Origin: a virus
Strand: one strand, 5' to 3'
IMG/VR virus record: IMGVR_UViG_3300020147_000065
Coordinates: 3,617 to 67,616 of that record
DNA: 64,000 nucleotides
This document shows positions 55,835-64,000 of the stretch, in pieces (the stretch's first letter is position 1; each line of letters starts with the position of its first letter). The notes below the pieces were generated by a model. The model was not told the DNA's origin, did not search any database, and worked only from the letters and a program-made list of their open reading frames with translations. A program made the translations under genes and the position numbers.

Positions 55835-55863
55835 TTGACTTTTAGTGTGTATGTTGGTATAAT
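55835..55863 (+). promoter_or_regulatory. sigma70-type promoter
   Basis: TTGACT-N17-TATAAT, overlapping the end of hairpin 55805-55836. Confidence 0.8.
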
Positions 55864-55898
55864 TTACTGTAGCTTTATAAATAAGGAGTCCATTTCAA

Positions 55899-56534
55899 AT
55901 GGCAAAAGCAGCAGTAGCACAGGCAGAGGATAACTCTGCAACCCCTGAAAAAGTCAAGCGTAACCACGGCCAGGAATTTAAAGAGGCAGCCGGTGACGTA
56001 GCAAAACAGCTTGAAATTATTGACGATTTCGTAGCAAACGTAATGCGTAAAGGTGAAGATTACGGTATCATTCCTGGTACAAATAAACCTTCTCTTTACA
56101 AAGGTGGAGCAGAAAAGCTTTTAGGCTTGCTCGACGCGACTCCTCGATTCGAAATCCTCGAATACATCTTCGATCCCGATAAAGTTGTTACCACTCTTGA
56201 GTGGGATAATGCAACTAAAACAAAGAAACCAAAAGAAAGTAGAGTCGGTTTAGCTTCTTTTACTTTTAAGTGCGTCCTCGTGGATGGCGACGAAAAAGAA
56301 CTTGGTTCAGGCTTTGGTCATTGTAATTCCCTTGAAGGGAAGTATGCCAAACAAGGTGCAGTAAACGTAGCTAACACTGCGTTGAAAATGTCGAAGAAAC
56401 GTTCATTGGTGGACGCCATTCTAACAGCTACTCGTATTTCTGGTCAGTTCACGCAGGACGTGGAAGACATGGACTTGGGTGGAGGTAGTAGTGGAGGAGG
56501 ACGAAAGCCTTCCAGCGACGATTTTGAACTCTAA
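55899..56534 (+). CDS. Conserved phage protein, possible ssDNA-annealing/recombination protein
   Basis: GEDYGIIPGTNKPSLYKGGAEKL, NTALKMSKKRSLVDA...FTQDVED; acidic tail. Confidence 0.55.
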   Translation: MAKAAVAQAEDNSATPEKVKRNHGQEFKEAAGDVAKQLEIIDDFVANVMRKGEDYGIIPGTNKPSLYKGGAEKLLGLLDATPRFEILEYIFDPDKVVTTLEWDNATKTKKPKESRVGLASFTFKCVLVDGDEKELGSGFGHCNSLEGKYAKQGAVNVANTALKMSKKRSLVDAILTATRISGQFTQDVEDMDLGGGSSGGGRKPSSDDFEL

Positions 56535-56544
56535 CCGAAGGAGA

Positions 56545-56569
56545 AAAGGGGGCTTCGGCCCCCTTTTTT
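56545..56569 (+). terminator. Rho-independent terminator
   Basis: AAAGGGGGC-TTCG-GCCCCC-TTTTTT. Confidence 0.85.
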
Positions 56570-56572
56570 GTT

Positions 56573-57112
56573 ATGATTGACCTCTTTACTGGTGCCGGTA
56601 AATGGCACCCTTACAGCAAACTTCTTGCTGAAATGGTAGGTTCAGCTACAGCCTCCATATTCCTACAATCCGTGATAGAGAAGTGGGATAATTTTAAAGA
56701 ACCATTCTACTGGTTCGATGAGCCAACTGCACATAAAAACTACGTTCGTAATCGAAGTTGGAGAGAAAACCTGGGCTTTCATGAAGAAGACCTAATGCTG
56801 GCACTCTCTAAGGTTGGCACTAAGATAACAGAAAAGAGGCCGCGTAATTTAATTATCTCTGATAACACGGCGGCTTTCACACCTAAACGTAAACTTTTAA
56901 ATGCTCCTCACCTTGTCTTATACCGATGGGACTCAGGTAAGAAGTTGATGTGGTATGAATTGAATGTCAGCTTGTTAGAGTCGGCATTGTCAACGCACGT
57001 AATGGCTCTCCATTCACTCTGCTTGACCACACCTAACTTTGAATTACGAGAACAAGAGCGTTTGAACAAACTTAGAGAAGAACATCCCGACTGGTTTGAG
57101 GGGAAAAAGTAG
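56573..57112 (+). CDS. Replication-initiator-like winged-helix protein
   Basis: YSKLLAEMVGSATASIFLQ...FY...SWRENLG pattern of phage Rep N-termini. Confidence 0.5.
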   Translation: MIDLFTGAGKWHPYSKLLAEMVGSATASIFLQSVIEKWDNFKEPFYWFDEPTAHKNYVRNRSWRENLGFHEEDLMLALSKVGTKITEKRPRNLIISDNTAAFTPKRKLLNAPHLVLYRWDSGKKLMWYELNVSLLESALSTHVMALHSLCLTTPNFELREQERLNKLREEHPDWFEGKK

Positions 57113-57119
57113 GTGCCAC

Positions 57120-57386
57120 ATGGCAGTAGACAGACATAATCTCTCATTCAAAGAAAAGGATTGGAAAGAACTGAATGGTGTAGCCAATTCTTACAAACTT
57201 GAACTGAGTGCATTTCTACGCGCAGTACTATTTCTTTTTCGTGATCACAAAGATGTAATTAAACCTTTATTGGTGGAGATTATTGATAAACATCGAAGTG
57301 AAATAGTGTTGAGTCGTGGTAGAAAAAACAAACCGCTCCCTCTTGACTTTAGTGGTCTTGAGGGTATTTTTGGAGCAAACAAATGA
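57120..57386 (+). CDS. Small putative DNA-binding (RHH-like) protein
   Basis: RHNLSF...W..L...A....LSAFLR. Confidence 0.5.
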   Translation: MAVDRHNLSFKEKDWKELNGVANSYKLELSAFLRAVLFLFRDHKDVIKPLLVEIIDKHRSEIVLSRGRKNKPLPLDFSGLEGIFGANK

Positions 57387-57766
57387 AAATTTTAGCAATC
57401 GAATACGAAAGAAAAGTGGGCGATGAAACAATTCGCGTTCAAGCGGAAGTCACAGGTGATGAAACACCTGAACAGGCTTATTTTGGTGTCCGTGATTGGG
57501 TTTCTGATAGAGTAAAGGAAACCGAGACACATGAGCAGCAGCGAGTTGCTCAACAAGAAGAAGAACAACGGAAAGCCGAGGAAGCTGCCAAACGTGAGGA
57601 GTTAAAAACCAAAGCCGCACAAACACTTGCAGAGTTAAAGGCTTCTGGATTTAATGAAGAAGATATTGCTGCCATCGTAGCAGCGCAAGCGGCTGTAGCT
57701 GCTTCCGAGGCCGCACCAGAACCTCAGAATAGTTCACTACCAGGTCAAGAAACAACTGAACTTTAA
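57383..57766 (+). CDS. Hypothetical coiled-coil protein
   Basis: ORF track. Confidence 0.65.
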   Translation: MKILAIEYERKVGDETIRVQAEVTGDETPEQAYFGVRDWVSDRVKETETHEQQRVAQQEEEQRKAEEAAKREELKTKAAQTLAELKASGFNEEDIAAIVAAQAAVAASEAAPEPQNSSLPGQETTEL

Positions 57767-57777
57767 GGAAAATAATA

Positions 57778-58707
57778 ATGGCATTTAATGCAACAGTGAT
57801 AGCTGACTCTATCAATCCCCGTGGTGTGCGTATGATTACGATGGAATTAACCTTTCCACGGGTTGTATTAGCCGAGTTCAACACCCACAGGGCTTTCTCT
57901 CGTAACGCTGCATCTTCCCGTGCTATCCCGGTCGAAAAGATGATTCAGCGTGTTCTCGATGATCCTTTTATTCCTGTCTTCCAGAAGAATAAAAAGGGTA
58001 TGCAATCAACCGAACCTCTCTCCGTTGAAGAGACTGTGGCCGCTACCTCTATTTGGCTACGGCAGCGCGATGATGCTGTCGCTGCGGTTAGAAAACTCAT
58101 TGGTAAATACGAGGTAAACGAACGCGGGGAACATTGGAGTAATCCATGGAAAGATGGAATCACCCTCGACGTTCATAAACAATTCGCCAACCGTCTGCTT
58201 GAGCCGTGGATGTGGACGACTGATATTGTGACGTTTACGGACGTTGCAAATTACGCTAATCTGCGCTTTTCCCCACATGCCGAGCCTTCGATGGCTCGGA
58301 TTACCGAGATGGGCCTTGAGCAGATTGCTTTATCTGTTCCAAAGAAACTTCGCAAAGGTCAATGGCATTTACCCTTGATTTTTGAGGAAGACTATGATAT
58401 GCTTAGGAAAGAGCAGATCACTTTCGACGATTTAATTAAAATTTCTGTGGGCCGATGTGCCAGAGTTTCTTACTTGACACACGATGGCCGGAGAGATTTA
58501 CAGGCAGACATTGATTTACACGACCGATTACTCGCTAACGGACATATGTCTCCATTCGAGCATCAAGGTCGTGCAATGAACTCTAAAGTGAAGCGTTCTG
58601 GAAATCTTGTTGGCTTCGAACAGTACCGTAAGATGCTTCCTAACGAAAACAGAACGTATTTCAAATGTACTCTACCAAGTGGTCGTGAATTAATTTTGGA
58701 GAGATAA
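57778..58707 (+). CDS. thyX: FAD-dependent thymidylate synthase
   Basis: AEFNTHRAFSRNAASSRAIP, HKQFANRLLEPW, RCARVSY, HMSPFEHQ. Confidence 0.92.
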   Translation: MAFNATVIADSINPRGVRMITMELTFPRVVLAEFNTHRAFSRNAASSRAIPVEKMIQRVLDDPFIPVFQKNKKGMQSTEPLSVEETVAATSIWLRQRDDAVAAVRKLIGKYEVNERGEHWSNPWKDGITLDVHKQFANRLLEPWMWTTDIVTFTDVANYANLRFSPHAEPSMARITEMGLEQIALSVPKKLRKGQWHLPLIFEEDYDMLRKEQITFDDLIKISVGRCARVSYLTHDGRRDLQADIDLHDRLLANGHMSPFEHQGRAMNSKVKRSGNLVGFEQYRKMLPNENRTYFKCTLPSGRELILER

Positions 58708-58708
58708 A

Positions 58709-59422
58709 ATGCCCTATTATGAAAAGGCACCTCTGCGCTTAAAGGCAGAGCAATTTCGATTTATTGATGGACCAGACGGCGACGAAACTCGCCGTCTGGC
58801 TCAATCACTTGGACTCATACAACGATATGAGGTTTATCGTGATGGAGACTTTATTGATAACTCTTCACCTTGGGAAGTCCAGACACTTGAAGGTTGGGTT
58901 ACGGTAAACGATGGTGACTATGTTATCATTGGTATAGAGGGTGAAAAGTATCCTCGTAGCGAAGAAGATTTTCAAAAGAATTACACAAAGGTTGAGGGTG
59001 AAGAGAACTTATATGAACGTAAGCCCATATGTGTAAAAGCTTTCCAGTGGTGGAAGAATGGAGATCATCCAGAGGATGAGTCGGAGCTAATTACTGGTTC
59101 TGATGGTGAAATGTTTCTTAGTGAAGGTAAGATAGTCAGACGATTTAATCATCCTAACATTTCATCGCAAGAAAAGTGTGAAGTTTGTGATCACGTAATG
59201 GGTAATCATGGTTGGATTGATAGGGGTGAAAACGGTTTACGTGTTTGCCCAGGTGATATGATTATCCAAACTTACGGTGAAGAACCTTATCCATGCAAGC
59301 CGCGGATTTTCATAAAAACATATTACCTACTTACGTTTGAACAATTTCCGAAGCCTGTGGGAGAAGATGAAGATGAATTTGGAACAGAAGGGCCGATTAG
59401 TAGTGAAGCATCTGAGGCATGA
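58709..59422 (+). CDS. Protein with two PGDY(G)-type domains
   Basis: TLEGW..V..GDYVI.G.EGE.YP; CPGDMII....EPYPCKP.IF.KTY. Confidence 0.75.
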   Translation: MPYYEKAPLRLKAEQFRFIDGPDGDETRRLAQSLGLIQRYEVYRDGDFIDNSSPWEVQTLEGWVTVNDGDYVIIGIEGEKYPRSEEDFQKNYTKVEGEENLYERKPICVKAFQWWKNGDHPEDESELITGSDGEMFLSEGKIVRRFNHPNISSQEKCEVCDHVMGNHGWIDRGENGLRVCPGDMIIQTYGEEPYPCKPRIFIKTYYLLTFEQFPKPVGEDEDEFGTEGPISSEASEA

Positions 59423-59948
59423 CCCTCATTCTCTTGGATTTAATTCTCTTTTAACCGGTGGCTATCTCCCCGTGGATAGCTTATTAAATTCTATCTGGAA
59501 ATACAAGGGTGTACGTATAACCAGAGATGAATTAAACGAGATCGTCGAAACCAATAACAAACAACGTCTTTCCTATGATACAACTGGTACTCTAATCAGA
59601 GCAAACCAGGGGCACAGTATTCCTGTGGACTTGCAGTTGACTCCTGAGACTCCACCGGCTGTACTATATCATGGTACAGATGAAAAATATGTTGACTCAA
59701 TTAATGAGACTGGTATATACAAGAGTTCTCGTCATGCCGTTCATTTATCCGAAGATGTACATACCGCAGGTAAAGTAGGCGCTCGTCACAGCGGAAACCC
59801 ATATGTTCTTGGGGTAGATGCCGAGCAAATGTATAAAGACGGATACTTGTTCTACAAATCAGAAAATGGCGTGTGGCTTACTGATTTTGTGCCACAGGGA
59901 TATTTACTAAGAGAGGAACATGGATATGAACCGATTCGATTTTATTGA
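59373..59948 (+). CDS. kptA: RNA 2'-phosphotransferase (Tpt1/KptA)
   Basis: LRHDP, NNKQRL, IRANQGHS, LYHGT, RHAVHLS, SENGVWLTDFVP. Confidence 0.92.
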   Translation: MNLEQKGRLVVKHLRHDPHSLGFNSLLTGGYLPVDSLLNSIWKYKGVRITRDELNEIVETNNKQRLSYDTTGTLIRANQGHSIPVDLQLTPETPPAVLYHGTDEKYVDSINETGIYKSSRHAVHLSEDVHTAGKVGARHSGNPYVLGVDAEQMYKDGYLFYKSENGVWLTDFVPQGYLLREEHGYEPIRFY

Positions 59949-60186
59949 GAGGATCGAACGTGAACAATTTAGGGCCGTATTATACCTCAGAAACAATACT
60001 CGTCATAACTTCCATGTGATCGCCAAAAAGGATGAATCTGTGGTAGTTGGTGATGAAATTGAATATGAACCATACTGTTTTAATTTTGGTTATTTTGTGA
60101 AAAAGGTGACAGAAGATGAAGAGGAAATAGCTCGACTCAAAGCTCTTGGGACGCGACGCTCACATTGCGGCTCTGAGAGCAGGTAA
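59926..60186 (+). CDS. Hypothetical protein
   Basis: ORF track. Confidence 0.5.
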   Translation: MNRFDFIERIEREQFRAVLYLRNNTRHNFHVIAKKDESVVVGDEIEYEPYCFNFGYFVKKVTEDEEEIARLKALGTRRSHCGSESR

Positions 60187-60448
60187 AACAGTGAGTTTCC
60201 GTGAAGGCGGAAACTCTATGACACCACGGATTAAACATAGACAGAAGTGTACTTATACACCCGTGGTTGGCCCCAGCGACGTGAAGAAAGGTGATGCTGT
60301 CTTTTGTAAGGTAGGACACCGATACTTCACACACTTGATTACAGCAATCAAGGGAGATCAATATCAAATCAGCAACAACCACGGGTTTGTGAATGGTTGG
60401 GTGACAATTGATAATATCTTTGGAAAGGTGATAAAGGTGGAGAACTAA
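60146..60448 (+). CDS. S24/S26 peptidase-like small protein
   Basis: GNSMTPRI...GDAVFCKV...HLI. Confidence 0.65.
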   Translation: MGRDAHIAALRAGKTVSFREGGNSMTPRIKHRQKCTYTPVVGPSDVKKGDAVFCKVGHRYFTHLITAIKGDQYQISNNHGFVNGWVTIDNIFGKVIKVEN

Positions 60449-60733
60449 ATGAAACAATTCGGGTATGGCGAAATGAAACTCGCCCGTGCGTATGCTTACG
60501 ATGGTGGACAGGCGTTATATGTAATGACTTTGACCGTAAACCATAAACTCTACCCACGGTATCCCGAAATAGGCCACCTTTTTGACCAAGATAAGACGCG
60601 CCTAATTTTCATCGCCCGAAGATTAGGCGTTCGTCGTATTAAATTAAAGCGAGAGGGTTCAAAGAAACAATACATGACCCTCTGCGGTAAACCTTTGGAA
60701 AGAGCAAAGAAACTCTGTTCAAAGACAAAATGA
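60449..60733 (+). CDS. Hypothetical protein (DUF4031-like)
   Basis: HLFD.D...L...ARRLG pattern. Confidence 0.55.
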   Translation: MKQFGYGEMKLARAYAYDGGQALYVMTLTVNHKLYPRYPEIGHLFDQDKTRLIFIARRLGVRRIKLKREGSKKQYMTLCGKPLERAKKLCSKTK

Positions 60734-60740
60734 GGTTCGG

Positions 60741-61154
60741 ATGAAAAAGTATTACAAGAAAGAGTATGTGGAGGCTGAACAATATCTTCCACCAGAACAG
60801 ATTCCAGAGGGAGTAACTTTTGCTGTTCATGGTCCTTATTCTCCCTATGCTGGGCAGAATGTCGCGTCATTCGGTCCATATATGATATTACCTGGAGATT
60901 ATGTCGTGATTGATTCTTATGGCGGTAAGCAGGTAATGACTCAAAAGGCATTTGAACATAATTATTCTGAGGCACCCGTGGAGAGTTTCGCACCCGGTGT
61001 CGTAATAAACGGTATTCACTACACTCCTACAGGTAAAGAATGGTTGGTTGCATTTGCTATGGCAGGTTGTCAATGGGCAATTGAGGCTTTAGTAAGAGAA
61101 AAACCTCTTGATGCTGAGGAAGAAAGAGAACAACACAACGCTAAACTCTTATGA
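60741..61154 (+). CDS. PGDY-type domain protein
   Basis: YYKK..VEAEQ...PGDYVV. Confidence 0.65.
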   Translation: MKKYYKKEYVEAEQYLPPEQIPEGVTFAVHGPYSPYAGQNVASFGPYMILPGDYVVIDSYGGKQVMTQKAFEHNYSEAPVESFAPGVVINGIHYTPTGKEWLVAFAMAGCQWAIEALVREKPLDAEEEREQHNAKLL

Positions 61155-61303
61155 AATACCGCAAGAAAATCCATCGCCGTTTCCCTCGCAGATATAAGCA
61201 ATATGAGGTCAAGTGGGTAATACCTAATCCGAAATATCCAGAATATGGTTACTGGGTAGGTATCCAAGTTTGGCCCAAGAGAAAAAAATAAATTGAAATC
61301 CTC

Positions 61304-61331
61304 TTGACAACTACCAGAAACCTGGTATAAT
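61304..61331 (+). promoter_or_regulatory. sigma70-type promoter
   Basis: TTGACA-N16-TATAAT. Confidence 0.75.
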
Positions 61332-61352
61332 TTTCCCTGGTGATCGAAACAT

Positions 61353-61955
61353 ATGAATAGAAACAGACCGAACTACGCGCTACTCGGATGCGGTGGAGTA
61401 GCAACCCTTGGCCTTGTGGCCATCCTGATCTTTGCTCTCTCCGCCATCGGGGTTAGCAATAGCGAAAAGCAGTTGCGAAATACAATTGTCGCTAAACAAG
61501 AAGTTCTTCGTTCGAACTACGACAAGATGTGGAAAATTCTGGCTCAACAGGCCGGAGTATCTGCTGAATACAAGAACTCCTTCAAAGAGATTTACCCGGC
61601 CTTAATGGAAGGCCGATATGGAAATGCTCGTGGTGGTGCTCTAATGTCATGGGTTCACGAACATAACCCTGAGTTCTCTCCCCGACTTTTCGAGCAACTT
61701 AACAACTCGATTCAGGATCAAAGAACCGAATACTTCAAGCAGGAAGAAGCTGCCCTCGACCTAAAACGTGAACACGACAACATGATTGATACTTTTCCAA
61801 GTAGCTTGATTCTAAGTATTCTTGGTAGAGATAAGATTAAACTCCAACTTGTTCGTTCTGAGCGTACAGATAATGCTTTTGAAACTGGACAAGATAATGA
61901 GGTAAATCTATTCCCGACTGCGCAGCCACAAAAGGCGCCCGTAAAGGTAAAATAA
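61353..61955 (+). CDS. LemA-like membrane-anchored protein
   Basis: N-terminal TM, coiled coil, C-terminal H...IDTFPS.LI. Confidence 0.7.
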   Translation: MNRNRPNYALLGCGGVATLGLVAILIFALSAIGVSNSEKQLRNTIVAKQEVLRSNYDKMWKILAQQAGVSAEYKNSFKEIYPALMEGRYGNARGGALMSWVHEHNPEFSPRLFEQLNNSIQDQRTEYFKQEEAALDLKREHDNMIDTFPSSLILSILGRDKIKLQLVRSERTDNAFETGQDNEVNLFPTAQPQKAPVKVK

Positions 61956-62326
61956 TGTCCGTAGAAGTAATCGAAGATAAATTTTCTGGAGTCGCAAATG
62001 ACTTCTTAATTGGTTTTACTGAGATGCAAGAGGCGGTTTACAAAACCGCCGTCGAGCATGGTTGGTGGGATGATGAGCGCAATAACGGAGAATTAATCGC
62101 TCTTATGCACTCTGAACTGTCAGAGGGTCTTGACTCTTTGCGACATGGCGATCCTCCCAGCGATCATATTCCTGAGTTCAGTGGTCTTGAAGAAGAATTT
62201 GCTGATGTGATAATCCGAATTATGGATTATGCTCAGGCTCGTGGACTTCGTGTTGGTGAAGCTGTTCTTGCCAAAGCCAAGTTTAATGAAAGCAGACGAT
62301 ACAAACACGGAGGAAAGAAGTTCTAA
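61955..62326 (+). CDS. MazG-like NTP pyrophosphohydrolase
   Basis: LIALMHSELSEGL, EEEFADVIIRIMD, K...N..R.YKHGGK. Confidence 0.88.
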   Translation: MSVEVIEDKFSGVANDFLIGFTEMQEAVYKTAVEHGWWDDERNNGELIALMHSELSEGLDSLRHGDPPSDHIPEFSGLEEEFADVIIRIMDYAQARGLRVGEAVLAKAKFNESRRYKHGGKKF

Positions 62327-62622
62327 TGGGTGAATTTAACGAACTACTCTTTAACAATCCTGTGTTCAATAAAGGTCTAAATCTTACTGTACGCAGAGGC
62401 ATCAAATGGTCTTTACAATCTGGTGCCCATATTGAGAATGTCGGCTCAGTTTTAATTAATACTCAGGTCATGAGATTCTCTGATTTGACCGATAGAGATT
62501 TAAAATTTGAGCATGACCCAGCCTGTCGAACCGTTACAGGACTTTATCAGGTATTGCAGGATACTTATCCTGGTTTTGACCCAAGAGAAATTGTTACTCT
62601 TGTTAGTTTCGAAGTCAGATAA
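62326..62622 (+). CDS. ASCH/PUA-like small protein
   Basis: LTVRRG.KW...L...YPGF...EIVTLV.F. Confidence 0.55.
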   Translation: MGEFNELLFNNPVFNKGLNLTVRRGIKWSLQSGAHIENVGSVLINTQVMRFSDLTDRDLKFEHDPACRTVTGLYQVLQDTYPGFDPREIVTLVSFEVR

Positions 62623-62624
62623 CA

Positions 62625-62660
62625 AAGAGGGCGGCTCTTCCGAGAGTTCGCCCTCTTTTT
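62625..62660 (+). terminator. Rho-independent terminator
   Basis: AAAGAGGGCG...CGCCCTCTTTTT. Confidence 0.7.
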
Positions 62661-62675
62661 GGAAGGGTGATTTAA

Positions 62676-63845
62676 ATGTTGATTTGGGGAGCACTTATAA
62701 TTCCGATTATCTTAACGATAATCTTCGTAATTAAATGGCATAATAAAATGGCCTGGTGGGAGTACGTTATTCCAACTTTAGCAGTTCTTATGATTATCGC
62801 CGTCTTTAAAAGCGGTACAGAAAGTATGCAAGTTCAGGACACAGAGTATCATGGCTCATGGGTAGCTACAGCAACCTACGAAGAGCCTTGGGATGAGTGG
62901 ATTGAAGATACCTGCACCAAAACAGTGTCATGTGGTAAAGACTGTACGACCACTGAAACTTATGACTGTTCTTATAGAAAAGACCATCCAGCTCAGTATT
63001 ATATCGAGGAAGGTGCTGGTGGAAAAGTTCTTAACATAGACCCCGGTTATTTTAACTGGTTGTGCGAACATTTTGGTAACAAGAACTTTATTGAAATGAA
63101 TCGAGATTACTATCGAATTGATGGTAACGCTTATCAGACAATATGGGGTGGAGAGCGCAATAAACTGGTGCCTGTCTCTACAATCCATAACTATGTGAAT
63201 AGGATTCAGGCTTCAACAAGCGTATATCGCTTCCGCGAAATCCCTGAAAAAGAAGCGAAATCAAAAGGTCTTTATGAGTATCCTGGTGTAGATGCCCAAT
63301 ACCAGACCGAAAATATTCTTGGTCCGGCAGGTAATCAAAAGAATGATGCTGAGCGATACATTCAATTGTTAAATGCTACAATGGGCAGACCTAATCAGGT
63401 TCGGTTATACATTCTAATCTTTCAGGACAAACCACGGGATGTCGCTTTCGACCAACAGGCATATTGGGGTGGAGGCAACAAGAACGAGTTCGTTGTTTGC
63501 ATTGGAATTGATAAAGAGCGTAAAGTCAAATGGTGTGTACCATTCTCATGGATGGACAAACAGGGACTTACAACTAATATCCGTACCGATGTTTTACAAC
63601 AGACAGGAAAACCCCTTGACCTTTTGAAAGTAATACGACACCTTGAGGTAAGAGTACCAAAAGAGTGGGAGAGAAAGCAGTTCGCTGACTTTAACTATCT
63701 TACGGTTGAGCCTCCTCTGTGGGCAGTTATTATTACATACCTTGCCTCCATATTAGTTACCGGAGGAACTCTTTACTGGTGTCATTGCAACGACTTTGAA
63801 TGTGGTGGTCATAAAACTCCGTATCGGAGCCGTTATCGTTACTAA
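62676..63845 (+). CDS. Membrane protein with large extracytoplasmic domain (probable LemA partner)
   Basis: 2 N-terminal TM + C-terminal TM; YEEPWDEW..CT..C..YDC; W.GGNKNE. Confidence 0.7.
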   Translation: MLIWGALIIPIILTIIFVIKWHNKMAWWEYVIPTLAVLMIIAVFKSGTESMQVQDTEYHGSWVATATYEEPWDEWIEDTCTKTVSCGKDCTTTETYDCSYRKDHPAQYYIEEGAGGKVLNIDPGYFNWLCEHFGNKNFIEMNRDYYRIDGNAYQTIWGGERNKLVPVSTIHNYVNRIQASTSVYRFREIPEKEAKSKGLYEYPGVDAQYQTENILGPAGNQKNDAERYIQLLNATMGRPNQVRLYILIFQDKPRDVAFDQQAYWGGGNKNEFVVCIGIDKERKVKWCVPFSWMDKQGLTTNIRTDVLQQTGKPLDLLKVIRHLEVRVPKEWERKQFADFNYLTVEPPLWAVIITYLASILVTGGTLYWCHCNDFECGGHKTPYRSRYRY

Positions 63846-64000
63846 ACGTGTTTACTCACATGAGCGAAGAAAAGAGCCCAAGACATCAAGCGGCGGATTT
63901 AATTTCCGCCGCGATCATTAAACAGAAATTGAACAAGCCTTTTGGTGGTTCGGTGATTTTAACTGAATCCAACCCAAGACATTATCGAGTAGGCTTTTCT

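Larger units (their letters stand above)
4283..63438. repeat. Dispersed 12-bp motif CCCGTGG-NNN-G(C/T), 42 copies on both strands
   Basis: Manual count of exact CCCGTGG/CCACGGG heptamers; positions listed in findings. Confidence 0.9.

Noticed and set aside
4283..63438. CCCGTGG/CCACGGG as IS200/IS605 or REP hairpin ends
   Set aside because: Those elements are paired palindromes in intergenic DNA; here the sites are unpaired, mostly intragenic, and no transposase/TnpB is present.
1..64000. Stop-codon reassignment
   Set aside because: Genes are intact under code 11, and TAA, TGA and TAG all end credible genes (TAG at 9451, 28316, 44111, 57112).

Overview
This window is part of a large, probably lytic, dsDNA bacteriophage genome (standard genetic code, roughly 40% GC by eye). 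I found no rRNA, tRNA, CRISPR array, integrase or transposase. Layout: (i) 196-4033, a compositionally distinct three-gene block (hypothetical, rIIA, rIIB) bounded by an inverted repeat and free of GATC, GTAC, CCWGG and GGWCC; (ii) 4.1-13.3 kb, small early-type genes, a ~560-bp non-coding stretch with a G/C skew flip, six tandem membrane micropeptides, a GIY-YIG endonuclease and two glycosyltransferase-like genes; (iii) 13.3-26.9 kb, a fibre/appendage module with a mosaic tail fibre, three Gly-X-Gln collagen-like proteins, a LamG-like protein, a fibre chaperone and two more glycosyltransferases; (iv) 26.9-46.3 kb, a mainly minus-strand accessory block (ATP-grasp, EndoVII, ECF sigma, papain-like protease, HNH, DHH, DEDDh exonuclease, Ntn protease, two Tat-signal proteins, HAD, Nudix, nucleotidyltransferase, Apyc1-like MBL hydrolase); (v) 46.3-64 kb, a plus-strand block (methyltransferase, endolysin, PAS-PAS-PP2C phosphatase, DnaB, ThyX, Tpt1/KptA, LemA-like, MazG-like). 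The two strongest unexplained signals are a dispersed non-palindromic motif CCCGTGG-NNN-G(C/T) (42 exact heptamer copies counted by eye, both strands, mostly inside genes) and the inverted-repeat-bounded, restriction-site-free rIIA/rIIB block, a candidate long terminal repeat or first-injected region. All family calls come from motif recognition by eye, not database searches.
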